DNA from: a virus
IMG/VR virus record: IMGVR_UViG_3300025065_000002
Strand: one strand, 5' to 3'
DNA length: 60,000 bases
Each line of letters begins with the position of its first letter. Positions within the stretch are counted from its first letter, which is position 1. This document shows positions 34,851 through 45,500 of this stretch, one piece after another. Position numbers and translations under genes: made by a program. A model generated the notes under the pieces. That model ran no database searches. It was not told the origin of the DNA and worked only from the letters and a program-made list of their open reading frames with translations.

Positions 34851-35230
34851 GTATAAATCTATCGTGCCTGCCGCAATCGAAAGCCTTGTTAGACTTGTAT
34901 GACGATGTAAGTGAAACAGAGGTGATGGGTCGGATGATTCCGCCAGTAAGTCGCTCAATCGATTTACTGAGCGATACGCTGTATGATAAGTGTATGGTTA
35001 AACTAACCGGTGCGAATAAGTTGGCAGAGCTGTTAGATGGCGTAATGGCTAACACCATAAGTCCTCGACCACACTCTTTTGATAGTGTCATGGGTGAGAT
35101 TGGAAATAGCTTTGATAGTTTTGAGCCAGCATTGCTTAAAGCTGAACCATTTGAGATGCAACCGTTTGAATGGCCTAGATATTTAGATAGGTCGTGCATG
35201 GTGAATATTGATGTGACTCAAGTACCGTAA
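34847..35230 (+). CDS. Hypothetical protein (accessory island gene 4)
   Basis: ORF in the track, with an ATGA overlap. Confidence 0.6.
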   Translation: MSINLSCLPQSKALLDLYDDVSETEVMGRMIPPVSRSIDLLSDTLYDKCMVKLTGANKLAELLDGVMANTISPRPHSFDSVMGEIGNSFDSFEPALLKAEPFEMQPFEWPRYLDRSCMVNIDVTQVP

Positions 35231-35252
35231 GATATAGTGAGATGATATAGCT

Positions 35253-35612
35253 ATGGCAGATAAAGCTAAGTACGTTCTGATTGGCGGTGATTGTGATGGT
35301 GAGATGGTAAGTTCTTACCACTATAGAACCAGCCGAGACTATAGAGGTAATTGCGAGCCTAACAACCCTTTCGCTAGAGTGCCACCTAGACCTTCGCGAA
35401 TTATGGTTAATGATGGCGTACTACCGATAGTTGAGCCAAGGAAAGAAGAGCCGAAGGTTTACTTCAAGCACTGCCTCACCCAATTTTTTGATGGCAAGGG
35501 CGAGCCTTTTAGATATTGGTTTTACTACGTCAACGAACACATTGATCCTGACGAATTAGATATTGATCAAACTTATTTAAGGCTAAGCAGGATTTACGCT
35601 AGATCGATTTAA
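35253..35612 (+). CDS. Hypothetical protein (accessory island gene 5)
   Basis: ORF in the track. Confidence 0.55.
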   Translation: MADKAKYVLIGGDCDGEMVSSYHYRTSRDYRGNCEPNNPFARVPPRPSRIMVNDGVLPIVEPRKEEPKVYFKHCLTQFFDGKGEPFRYWFYYVNEHIDPDELDIDQTYLRLSRIYARSI

Positions 35613-35648
35613 TGTTATTCAAACAACCCAACCAAAGAGGCAATACCT

Positions 35649-35804
35649 ATGAGCTTAACAGCAGAACAAGCATTAATGCACGAAGTAGTGAATCGAATCA
35701 CTGATAAATACACTCCTTCTCAGACAGATAAGTTAGTGCAGGATGCAGAGAAAATCACTAGCGCCATTCTCAACTACACCAATGACAAGAAAGACGACGA
35801 ATAA
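35649..35804 (+). CDS. 51-aa hypothetical protein (accessory island gene 6, below the ORF-track cut-off)
   Basis: AAAGAGG RBS. My translation is MSLTAEQALMHEVVNRITDKYTPSQTDKLVQDAEKITSAILNYTNDKKDDE. Confidence 0.45.
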   Translation: MSLTAEQALMHEVVNRITDKYTPSQTDKLVQDAEKITSAILNYTNDKKDDE

Positions 35805-35834
35805 AGCTAGCCAGCTTTAACACTACAAACCCAA

Positions 35835-35858
35835 ACCACCCTTCGCGGTGGTTTTTTT
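35835..35858 (+). terminator. Intrinsic terminator after the packaging/accessory block
   Basis: Stem ccacc / ggtgg (extendable), then a T7 run, followed by gtgcc. Confidence 0.65.
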
Positions 35859-35886
35859 GTGCCAAAAATTGGCTGGTAAGCCCGAC

Positions 35887-35903
35887 ACCCCTATAAGGTT
35901 CGC
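35887..35903 (+). promoter_or_regulatory. Late-block motif copy 3 (ACCCCTATAAGGTTCGC)
   Basis: Exact 17-mer, 115 nt upstream of the scaffold ATG at 36002. Confidence 0.6.
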
Positions 35904-36001
35904 ATAAAAGCTTGCCAACGCTTAAATTGTTATCAAGCCATTGCTAGTGGCGAAACCTGTTTTTTAACGGTAGCCCTCCGACATGGGTAAAGGACAGATT
36001 A

Positions 36002-37036
36002 ATGACAGTTGATGCAAATAGTTTTATTGATGACAGCTTTAATGACGGCGATTGGTCGCCTCAAGACGCAGCACGATACTTAGAAATGAGTATGAATGGC
36101 GATACCTCGCAAGGGGAAAGTATCGACACGCCAGACGATACCGCAGCGAATGAACAGACCACTGAGCCTGATGATAAGGATGACACGCCAGCCACAGAAG
36201 CACCCACTGAAACGCCTGAGACTGAATCGAAAGAGGATGCTGAAGGTAATAACGTGGTTATGGCTCGTGATGGCGTACACACTATTCCTTATGAAAAGTT
36301 AGTCGAAGCCCGTGAGCGTGACCGTGTATCACAAGAAGCGTTAGCCGCTGCCAATGCTGAGTTGGAAGTTTTACGCAAGCAATCACAAACGCCTGCCACT
36401 GTTGCGACCACGCAGCAAGAGCAGGACATTGAGACGGCACAAGCCGCAATCAATGCTGGCGTGAACCCTGACTACTTTGGGGATTTTTCTGAAGAGGCTT
36501 TGGCAGAAGGTATTAACAAGCTGATTGATGAGCGCGTATCAGCACAAGTCGATGCTCGCGTTGCAAAAGCTTTAGAGCCGATGCAGCAAAAAGAGCAAGA
36601 GAGTGCCGCTGAAGCCCACATGCGCACGATTTACGAAGCACATACCGATGCTGATTCTATCGTTGAGAGTAGCGAGTTTGAAGCATGGAAGGCGTCACAG
36701 CCGACCTATATTCAAGCTGCACTTGATGGAGTCTTAACGCAAGGTACTGCTGAGCAAGTCGTCGAACTGCTCAATAACTTTAAGCAATCAACAACTAGCA
36801 CGCCTGCTGCCGACGCTGGCAAGCCATCGACTGATGACTTAAAAGCCAAGGCACGCGAGGCAATTAAGAATACCGCGCCTGCTATTCCTGCCAGCCTAAG
36901 TGACATACCTGGTGGACATAAAGGCGCTCTCGATATCCGCGAACAAATGGACGCAATGTCTGGCATTGAGTTGGTTGAAGCGATGGCGGATTGGTCGCCT
37001 GAGAAGCGCGAGCAATACTTAAACAATACTTTTTAG
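36002..37036 (+). CDS. Scaffolding protein
   Basis: It is highly acidic with Ala/Glu/Gln-rich helical composition and sits immediately upstream of the major capsid gene. Confidence 0.68.
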   Translation: MTVDANSFIDDSFNDGDWSPQDAARYLEMSMNGDTSQGESIDTPDDTAANEQTTEPDDKDDTPATEAPTETPETESKEDAEGNNVVMARDGVHTIPYEKLVEARERDRVSQEALAAANAELEVLRKQSQTPATVATTQQEQDIETAQAAINAGVNPDYFGDFSEEALAEGINKLIDERVSAQVDARVAKALEPMQQKEQESAAEAHMRTIYEAHTDADSIVESSEFEAWKASQPTYIQAALDGVLTQGTAEQVVELLNNFKQSTTSTPAADAGKPSTDDLKAKAREAIKNTAPAIPASLSDIPGGHKGALDIREQMDAMSGIELVEAMADWSPEKREQYLNNTF

Positions 37037-37047
37037 GAGTGGCATAG

Positions 37048-38337
37048 ATGGCTACCAAAACCCACGCCGCATACGGCGATAAGAAAAACATGGTCGTACA
37101 AGCTGCTGGCTTGTTTGCGGCTCACATGAATCGAAATGGCACCATGCAAAAGCTGACAGGCAAAATGCCTAAAGGTACTGCTGGCGCTGAAGCGACGATT
37201 CGCAAACAAACCACGCAGCACATGCCAATCGTCCAAGTACAAGACTTGGGTAAAGGCACTGGTGATGAAGTGACCTTTCACTTGCTCAATCCAGTAGGCG
37301 CTAAACCGATTATGGGCAGTAACTTTGCCGAAGGTCGCGGTACTGGTATGTCGTTCAGTGAAGACAAGCTGCGCGTCAATCAAGCACGTTTCCCGATTGA
37401 TATGGGCGATACCATGACTGGTATTCGTACACCCGTTGATTTTCGTGCAATGGGTCGTCCGGTCGCTGAGAGCTTAATGGCTCGCTACGTTGACCAGTCG
37501 CTACTCGTTCACATGGCTGGTGCTCGCGGTCATCAAAACAACATCGAGTGGGTTGTTCCTACTAAAGATGATCCGAAGTTTAAAGAGATCATGGTCAACG
37601 ATGTTAAAGCGCCAACCAAAAACCGTCACTATCTAGCCAGCGGTGCTGGTATTCAGCAATTCAAACAGACTGGCGGTGAGATTGATATCACCACAGCCGA
37701 TATGCTGAAGATGGACACCATCGATTCGATGAAGTCATTAATGGACCAAATCGCACTGCCACCACCTATCGTCAAGTTTGAAGGCGATACGATGTCAGAA
37801 GACGACCCATTACGTGTATGGATGTTGTCACCAGCTCAGTACAACAAGTTTGCTGCTGACCCGGCGTTCCGTCAATTCCAAGCTGCTGCGCTGGCTCGTG
37901 CCGCTCAAGCTGCTGGTCATCCTTTATTTAAAGGTCAGGCTGGTATCTGGAATGGCTTCTTAATGATTAAGATGCCACGTCCTATCCGCTTCTATGCTGG
38001 CGATGATATGCAGTACAGCACCTCATACACCAGTGAGCAAGAAGCAACTGCCAAAGTACCGGCGTCATTCGGTGAGAAGTTTGCGGTTGACCGCTCGCTT
38101 ATCTTAGGTGGTCAGGCGGTTGCTGAGGCAATGGCGGCTCATAAAGGTTCTGGTATGCCATTCTTCTGGTCTGAGAAAGAGCTAGATCATGGCGATAAAG
38201 TTGAGCTATTGATTGGTGCAATTCGCGGCGTCTCGAAGATTCGCTTTGATGTTGACACTGGCAATGGTCATGAGTTCACTGACTACGGTATTACAGTGGT
38301 TGATACCGCTGTTGATTCATTCGGTCGCGGTAAATAG
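37048..38337 (+). CDS. Major capsid protein
   Basis: A 429-aa ORF with an AGGAG RBS, located after the scaffold. A strong terminator lies two genes downstream. The call rests mainly on position and size. Confidence 0.75.
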   Translation: MATKTHAAYGDKKNMVVQAAGLFAAHMNRNGTMQKLTGKMPKGTAGAEATIRKQTTQHMPIVQVQDLGKGTGDEVTFHLLNPVGAKPIMGSNFAEGRGTGMSFSEDKLRVNQARFPIDMGDTMTGIRTPVDFRAMGRPVAESLMARYVDQSLLVHMAGARGHQNNIEWVVPTKDDPKFKEIMVNDVKAPTKNRHYLASGAGIQQFKQTGGEIDITTADMLKMDTIDSMKSLMDQIALPPPIVKFEGDTMSEDDPLRVWMLSPAQYNKFAADPAFRQFQAAALARAAQAAGHPLFKGQAGIWNGFLMIKMPRPIRFYAGDDMQYSTSYTSEQEATAKVPASFGEKFAVDRSLILGGQAVAEAMAAHKGSGMPFFWSEKELDHGDKVELLIGAIRGVSKIRFDVDTGNGHEFTDYGITVVDTAVDSFGRGK

Positions 38338-38348
38338 GAGCAGTAAAG

Positions 38349-38831
38349 ATGGCTACAATTAAATCAAACAGCGCAGTGATGACGAACTTCTACACCGTCA
38401 CATCGCCTTATGGTAATACCACTACCGTTGGTTATCGACTAAAGGCCAACACAGGCGGCGTCATTGCCAATGGCGATTCAGCAACAGCACCAAAAGCTGG
38501 TGATGTTATCGACTTGGGCGAGCTACTTGAAGGCTGGTTTCTAACTGATGCGCAAGTCTTTATCACTGAAGGCTTGAGTGCAACCGTAACTGGTAGCTTA
38601 GGTTTTGCTTATGAAGATGGTGTTGATGACACGACTGTACCGCAAGATGCGGAATACTTTATCAAAGCTGGTGCTGACCTTGCTACTGCTGGGCGCTTAC
38701 GTGCTAACGGCAATAAGCTGGTTGTCCTACCTAAGCCTGCGCGTTTAATCCTAACCTTGGCTGGCGCGGCTAACGCAAAAGCGGCTGATATTAAGGTTGT
38801 GGTAACAGGTGAGTTGACCGGCGCTAACTAG
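38349..38831 (+). CDS. Capsid-associated protein (decoration candidate)
   Basis: AGGAG RBS. It directly follows the capsid gene and lies upstream of the terminator. Confidence 0.45.
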   Translation: MATIKSNSAVMTNFYTVTSPYGNTTTVGYRLKANTGGVIANGDSATAPKAGDVIDLGELLEGWFLTDAQVFITEGLSATVTGSLGFAYEDGVDDTTVPQDAEYFIKAGADLATAGRLRANGNKLVVLPKPARLILTLAGAANAKAADIKVVVTGELTGAN

Positions 38832-38868
38832 CCAGCAACACGCAATAGAAGTCTAAACGATAAACAAA

Positions 38869-38903
38869 ATAGGCTGGCTGGTTTCAGTCAGTCTATTTTT
38901 TTT
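38869..38903 (+). terminator. Intrinsic terminator after the capsid genes
   Basis: Stem ataggctg / cagtctat (one G-U), then a T8 run. Confidence 0.7.
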
Positions 38904-38918
38904 AGGAGCAACCTAGCG

Positions 38919-39386
38919 ATGAGCAAGCAAGATGAAGTATCGATTAAATACATTGGGAAGCGCGAGCCGTGGCATGACCGGCTATACCGCACTGGCCTTG
39001 TCTTTGATTGCAATCAAGTACGCACTATTCCTTGGGATATGGCACGCAAGTTTTTACGTCACGAAGACCTATTCGAGAAGGTGGGTGCTGATGCGAAAGA
39101 CGAAAGTGATGAGACGCCACCGGCTGAAGATGATACGCCGAATGATAGTGATTCAAAAGCTGATGACACGCAAGCGCTGCTTGATGAGCAGACGGCTAAA
39201 AACAAAGACAAGGATGATGAGCAAACAGAGCTACAAGCTTTGTATGACCAGGTGAATGTGATGGACAAGCCAGCGCTCAAAGACTTTGCTCAAAATCACT
39301 ATCAGCAAAAAACCAATAACTCAAAGTCGGTTGAAAACATCCGTCTTGATGTCACAGCCATGATTGACCAGTTTGGAGCACCGTAA
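38919..39386 (+). CDS. Hypothetical protein with acidic central region
   Basis: ORF in the track with an AGGAG RBS. Confidence 0.6.
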   Translation: MSKQDEVSIKYIGKREPWHDRLYRTGLVFDCNQVRTIPWDMARKFLRHEDLFEKVGADAKDESDETPPAEDDTPNDSDSKADDTQALLDEQTAKNKDKDDEQTELQALYDQVNVMDKPALKDFAQNHYQQKTNNSKSVENIRLDVTAMIDQFGAP

Positions 39387-40060
39387 TGATTTTGTCTGAA
39401 TTGATACGCAGATTCCGCGTCGCAGCGTTTGATAACGAGCAGCCGTATCTATTCGCTGACCAAGACATTACCGACTGGCTGAATGATGCGGTCAAAGAAG
39501 CGGCTATCCGCGGTCGCTTGATTCATGACTCTACCACTACTGGCGTTTGTACTATCAGTACGCAGCCTAATGTGTCTATCTACGCGCTGCATGAGTCACT
39601 GTACGAGATTGATTCTATTCACTGGTTAAACGTCGATGATCCTTATCGCGTGAATCCATTGTCTTTAATCTCACAAGAGGATATGGCTGATAGATGGCAT
39701 GACTGGCGCACACGCGACTATGGTACGCCTGAGTACGCCATTCAGTACGACACGAACATTCGCCTCGTGCCAGCGCCTAATGTGGCTGGCGTGATTGCAC
39801 TTGAGGGATATCGCACGCCATTAGTGCCAATGGTACTCGATACCGATAGGCCTGAGATTAACATCATTCACCATGAGTACCTTATTCATTGGGCGCTACA
39901 CAAAGGCTTTGGGATTCCAGATTCCGAAGTTTTTGACATGAATAGATCCGCCTTGGCCGAGCAGGAGTTTACCGATTACTTCGGTATGCGACCTGATTCA
40001 GATTTACGGCGTATCACACGCGAAGATGCACCCCATGTGGTCAAGCCATTTTGGGTTTAA
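39386..40060 (+). CDS. Head-tail adaptor candidate
   Basis: Its position lies between the head and tail genes. The N-terminal pattern LSELIRRFRVAAFDNEQPYLFADQDITDWLNDAVKEA resembles adaptor/connector families. Support is weak. Confidence 0.45.
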   Translation: MILSELIRRFRVAAFDNEQPYLFADQDITDWLNDAVKEAAIRGRLIHDSTTTGVCTISTQPNVSIYALHESLYEIDSIHWLNVDDPYRVNPLSLISQEDMADRWHDWRTRDYGTPEYAIQYDTNIRLVPAPNVAGVIALEGYRTPLVPMVLDTDRPEINIIHHEYLIHWALHKGFGIPDSEVFDMNRSALAEQEFTDYFGMRPDSDLRRITREDAPHVVKPFWV

Positions 40061-40083
40061 TTTAATTAAGAGAGGGCCTTATC

Positions 40084-40491
40084 ATGGCTAATACGTTATA
40101 CGACGCCGCACGTAAGCGGTTCTTAGAAGCACAGATCAACTGGATGACTGACACAATGAAAGTCTTGCTTGTTGATACTGGCGCATACACACCGCAAGTC
40201 ACAACCCATGAATACTTATCAGACATCTCGTCTTCTGCACGTATTGCTGGTCCTGTTGTCCTTGCTAGTAAATCCACTACTGGCGGTGCCGCCGACGCCG
40301 CAGACGTTACTTTCACCTCGGTAAGTGGCGCAAGTATTGAGGCAATCGTTATTTACAAGGACACTGGTACGGAAGCTACCAGCCCGTTAATTGCTTATAT
40401 TGATACCGCCACCGGCTTGCCTATCACACCAAATGGCGGTGATATTATTGTGACTTGGGATAACGGTACGAACAAAATCTTTAAGTTATAG
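40084..40491 (+). CDS. Virion-module protein, paralogue of 27989..28426
   Basis: See 27989..28426. GAGAGG RBS. Confidence 0.7.
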   Translation: MANTLYDAARKRFLEAQINWMTDTMKVLLVDTGAYTPQVTTHEYLSDISSSARIAGPVVLASKSTTGGAADAADVTFTSVSGASIEAIVIYKDTGTEATSPLIAYIDTATGLPITPNGGDIIVTWDNGTNKIFKL

Positions 40492-40554
40492 TATGAAAGA
40501 TAAGGACCTTACTTATAAGGTCCTTATGAATATAAACAGCTTGTGAGGTTCGTT

Positions 40555-40914
40555 ATGACTGATTTAGAAAAGCCGAAAACTGCGCGTAAGAAAAAACCAC
40601 CTACTCAGACGGCTGGCGTTAATGGCATTGATGGGCATAGAGGTATGGGTGCCGCGCCTGAGCATGAGGACTTGCCAGCAAAAAAAGCAAAGCCAACTAC
40701 CGATTGGTTTAGATTGGTAAAACTCCCTGCTTTTGAAATGTTCGTTCGTGATCAGTCGGGCTTTGATATTGGCAGCCTAGCTGACGAGTGGGTAAAGAGT
40801 AGGCGTTTAATGATTGGCGATAGTGGTTTTTATGAGCAGTACGCCCTATGGCATAAAGAGCAAGGATTATGGCTTAACGAAAGCCCAGTAGGGGAGGTTT
40901 TAAATGATGACTGA
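40555..40914 (+). CDS. Hypothetical protein
   Basis: The track ORF starts at GTG 40543. I prefer ATG 40555 (MTDLEKPK...). Confidence 0.6.
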   Translation: MTDLEKPKTARKKKPPTQTAGVNGIDGHRGMGAAPEHEDLPAKKAKPTTDWFRLVKLPAFEMFVRDQSGFDIGSLADEWVKSRRLMIGDSGFYEQYALWHKEQGLWLNESPVGEVLNDD

Positions 40915-42178
40915 TAATGACTTTACTTTTATGACATCTACCCAGCTTGGCGCGCCGCAGATGAACGGCAGCACAACAAGTAATGGTCAGTTATTACAGG
41001 TTTTAGACGGGGCGTTAATTGATGGGTTTAACCAATTAACGCCAACCTCATTAACTTACGATACTAGCAGTGTAGTATTAACTTATGCTGAAAATCACGG
41101 TTATCAGAAGAAGCAGCTTATCCTAATAAGCGGCGCGACTTTAGCTGTGTTAAATGGACGGCACCGCATATCATCGACCACAGACAAAACAGTAACCATA
41201 AAGATAGTAGGGGTGACTGATGTAACAGGGGTTATAACAACAAAGGTTGCGCCATTAGGTTTTGAGTCTATGTTTGGCAGCAGCGACCCACTTAAAAGGG
41301 CGTATAGAAGCAGCAATACATTGGGCACAAGGACAGTGCTATACCTTGATATGACCATTCTCCCAGCACATGGTTATGCAGCTACCAATCCAGCCAAAAG
41401 AGCCATTGTAAGCATGTGTGAGGACATGACTGTTCTTGGTGTGCAGCAGAATAGTTATACAGACGCCAAAAACAATTTCACAAAAAACCCTACAGGCAGC
41501 TTGTTTTGGTATCAATCTCGTTTTGTTAATAAGACAACTGCGGTAACGTCTGAAAAAAATAACCAGTGGATAATAGCTGGCAATAGAGATTTTTTTGTAC
41601 TCATTCAAGATTGGCATACTTTTGATCCGGCCGCCGGATTATATAAAGATATTTATATGTTTGGTGATGTAGAGAGTTATGGCGGCGCTAGCGACAGATA
41701 TAACTGTATATGGCTTGGCAGTATGACTGAGAATGATGCTGATACAGATGTTAGATATGCGAGCAATGGAGGGAGGTTTGGTGGAAATCCTGCGGTTGCG
41801 CTGCAAGTGCAAGGTTATTTTATATCTGACTACACAGGCGTTTCAGCGCTTGACCCTATGTGCCTAACAATATCCGGATTAGTAGGGGCTGTTTCTTCAG
41901 GCATGAGCATTACCGCTAGCCCATACACCAGTTTTATACCGGAATACCCTAACGCTATTTCTAGCGGCATTGTCACTACCTCTGTTTACGCGCTGACTAA
42001 GACAGGTTATCGAGCAAGAATACCTTGCTTGCTTTGTATTCCAATGGGTATGGGTGAACTGCCTACTTATAATATGACATGGATGGGCGATGTATTTCTA
42101 AGTGCTGTTCATGGCCAGCGATCTGTGTCGTCTGCTAGCACAGGGTATGTGGCAGTAGATCCTACAGGTGAGTTATGA
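40904..42178 (+). CDS. Virion/tail structural protein
   Basis: A 424-aa ORF in the late operon, coupled to its neighbours. Confidence 0.65.
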   Translation: MMTDNDFTFMTSTQLGAPQMNGSTTSNGQLLQVLDGALIDGFNQLTPTSLTYDTSSVVLTYAENHGYQKKQLILISGATLAVLNGRHRISSTTDKTVTIKIVGVTDVTGVITTKVAPLGFESMFGSSDPLKRAYRSSNTLGTRTVLYLDMTILPAHGYAATNPAKRAIVSMCEDMTVLGVQQNSYTDAKNNFTKNPTGSLFWYQSRFVNKTTAVTSEKNNQWIIAGNRDFFVLIQDWHTFDPAAGLYKDIYMFGDVESYGGASDRYNCIWLGSMTENDADTDVRYASNGGRFGGNPAVALQVQGYFISDYTGVSALDPMCLTISGLVGAVSSGMSITASPYTSFIPEYPNAISSGIVTTSVYALTKTGYRARIPCLLCIPMGMGELPTYNMTWMGDVFLSAVHGQRSVSSASTGYVAVDPTGEL

Positions 42179-42507
42179 GCAATATCAAACTAAGGTCATT
42201 TTTATCGCAGTCTAACCTACCCATATCCTCAAGGGTAGGTGCTTTATTTAAAAATGGATATGGGGATAACGGCTATATATCAGGAAGGGTGACGGAGCTT
42301 GGTATGCCAGTAGTTAGAAGGGTCATGTGTTATCACAGGCACTCAGGCGCACTAATGGGCGTGACTAAATCAAAGTCTGACGGCACGTACCTTTTTAAAA
42401 ACCTGCTTGCTGGCTCGTATTATTTTGTGGTTTCGTTGGACGAAAATGAAGATGAGGTGCAGTACAACTTAGTTGCCCAAGACAAGGTTATTGCAAAGCT
42501 TATTTAG
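42175..42507 (+). CDS. Small beta-sandwich protein (CarboxypepD_reg-like pattern)
   Basis: GRVTELGMPVVRRVMCYHRHSGALMGVTKSKSDGTYLFKNLLAGSYYFVVS. Confidence 0.5.
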   Translation: MSNIKLRSFLSQSNLPISSRVGALFKNGYGDNGYISGRVTELGMPVVRRVMCYHRHSGALMGVTKSKSDGTYLFKNLLAGSYYFVVSLDENEDEVQYNLVAQDKVIAKLI

Positions 42508-42543
42508 CACTCTTAGGTGCATGTATATTTTAAGGGTTTCTAA

Positions 42544-45500
42544 ATGTCTGATAACGCCTACACTAATGATTACCCTTTAGATTTTACACAGGTTCTATCG
42601 GAAGTTGGCGATGATCTAAATTTTGCTCCTGATAACCTGCTCTTTATTGATCCTATCGGGATAACTACATCTGCTTTCGGCTATGCCAGCTTAGCAAGAG
42701 GCGATAGGGTTCTAGCTGTCACTGGCTTTGATGCGCTCAATATACCTACCGCTAATATTGACTTTAATAACCTATCGGGCTCATCGAGCCTAGATTTCAA
42801 CAAGACATTAACACTAGGTGATACCACACTCAACTTTGGTAGCGACGACAAAAGCCACAAGCTTTTTATACAACCACTAGGGTTTGAGTCCACCTTACTG
42901 CCATTACCTTTCCTTGAAAGTTCCATAAGGTACATAACCGGCAGCGGCTTCTATTCGCAAACCACGGGCACGCCAGCTGCCGCAAACCTTAATAAGTATT
43001 TATTTTCTAGCGCAATACCAAGCAGTCTGTCCTTTGGCTCTAGCAAGATATTTAATAACGCGCTGGTATTAAAACCAAACAGCATAGATAGTCTTGATTA
43101 CGGCAAGGCTGCGATATACAACTTAAAACAATATCTACGTCACAATCAGTCTTATAGCAATGACGAGCTATATGGCAAGCCATCGTTAGGTGGTGGTGTA
43201 AGACCGCTACTTCCCACTGGCCTTCTATCAACACTACTAGGCAAGATCGATGTTAAAAACCCAACAGAGGACCAGTTATTAAAGCCCACGGGTATTAACT
43301 CGTTAAAGATACCTGAGCATACTCTATCACCAAGAATGGTTTACGCTGATGGTTTCTATAAGCCAAAAACCGGTAGCCCTTCAGTAAGAATATCGGGAAT
43401 GTCGGTATCAGGCTTTGCTGGCACTTATTATGGCACACAAACAATATGGTTCCACACGAGAGCTTTACTACCAACTGGTGTCGTAGGCTTCTTAACAGGA
43501 AGTCCTAGGGTTTTTGATCCCACGCAGTTTGTCAGCCCACCATCATCTGTCCAGTCAGCAGTGTTTGGTGATATTGCTATCAGAAATAAGTCAAAGATAG
43601 CAAGGCCGCTTGGTATTATCGCTGGAACAGTGTCGCCTTGGTCGCTGGTAGAAAACTACAACCGAAGTTATTTAGCGCAAGGGATATACTCTCAGCTATT
43701 TGGAAGCATAAACGTAGCCAACAAAACGCCGTCGATATTCACAGAGAGTATTGAAGGCAAGGCGGCTGGCGTGCCAGCTATCGGTTATAGGTTAAGACAG
43801 GTTAAACCTAGTGGTTTTGATAGACTTGCACTAGGTTCTGCCAAGCTTATAAAGTCACCTGAGCTATCAGCTTTAGGTATCGACGCCGCTGGTTATGGTG
43901 ATACTAACATATGGTTTAAGAACAGAGTTGTTGAGCATTATGGTGTTGACTACCAAACACTAGGCACTCCTACCACATGGTTTAGATATCGGTACTATAA
44001 ACCGAAGGCGTGGCGGTCTGACAGTTATGGATATCCCGTACTAACTCATGGCAATAGAGGTATAGATGCCAGAGGTTTTGTAAATGACCGTCATGGTGTT
44101 GCGTGGATTAGCTTTAGCAACAGGGTTGTTAGTGTAAAACACATAAACAATGTATTCCCATCAACACATAAAGTCGGTGGCACCCAAACAATAAATACTG
44201 ACGGGTATATAGCCACACTTTTTGGCGAGCGCATAATACCTGAGTCAATGACTTTGTACCCACTAGGTTTTACTGGCGTTTTCGGGACAGCGGACACCAA
44301 GTTAGCAACCATGTTTATTTCCCCCTGGGGTTATATTAGCGTGGGCGATCAATACTCCGATAGATGGGGTTTAGCGGATACATATAATCTTACTCAGTAC
44401 ATAACACAAGAGTACGATTTTGATAGTGGGCTTGTGCCGCCCAAGTGGTCTGAGTGGACTCTAATAGAGAATAGGGATAAAAGCATAGGAGCTGTAGGAT
44501 CGTTATTCCAAAAGTTTGGTTACTCTAGTATATACAATAATGCAGCGCCATTACTTCCTGTGGGTATAGGCGAGCCAGCCAGCAGCACTAAAAATACTTT
44601 TGTATCTCACGACAAGCGATCGCTACCATTAATAGGTATCGAGCCGCCAGTTATTAGTACATGGTCATCTATTTATAATGCAGCCAGGGTTATAACTACT
44701 CATGGAGATAGCCATTCATTTTATGGTCAGCCGTTTACTGAAAGCAATAGACGTTATTACAAAGATATAGGGCGTATAGACGATCTTGTTTTAGGAGATC
44801 CTATGATTGCTTATAGAATTAGAGGTATAGACATAGAGTCTAGGCACTCTATAGCTCCACCGCAAATAAACCTACCTACTTTCGATTTATGGGCAAGGTA
44901 CTTGTCTTTAAGTGGTGGTGATACTTCAAGCTATGGTTTGTCAGTTCTTACTATTCAGCTTAGAAATATAGCACCATCTTGGGCACATAGAGATAAGTAT
45001 GGGCAGCCTGTACTAAAAAACGTCACACCTGAGCTGGGAGTTTATGGCCATGATAGTAGCGAGTTTGGCACTAACTCCCTAAGAACAGAGTGGCGTTATG
45101 TTCAAGCCGTTGGAGATAGTATCTCGTTATTTGGCGGCGCGTCTATCTCTGATAGAAGGTTGTTTATTGATATACGTGGTTGGCGCAGCTCGCAAGTAAA
45201 TACCAAAGCGCAGCTGGTGAAAACAGAAAGTAACCCAAACACATTACAATATATATGGCTTTCAGACGAGTCGGGTTCGGCTGGCGGTGAAGGGTATGGT
45301 ATATTTTTTGATGAAAACATACTCGGCAAAAGAGTTCCTTGGCCTTCGTTAAATCAAAACGTGCTTTACCCAAAAGGAATTAAGGTAGATGGTTATGGGT
45401 TAGCTTTTACTTGGTCTAACAACATAGTTATTGAGTCGGGCATAGCTATTGATGGCGTGCCAAAAACATTAACGGTAAGTAATTATAGCAACAAGATAGC

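Noticed and set aside
40500-40527. Hairpin ataaggacc/ggtccttat containing TTATAAGGTCC as a possible fifth late-motif copy or terminator
   Set aside because: It shares only TATAAGGT with the motif and lacks both ACCCC and GGTT(C). It has no T-run, so it is not a convincing terminator either. It is recorded only as an intergenic hairpin.
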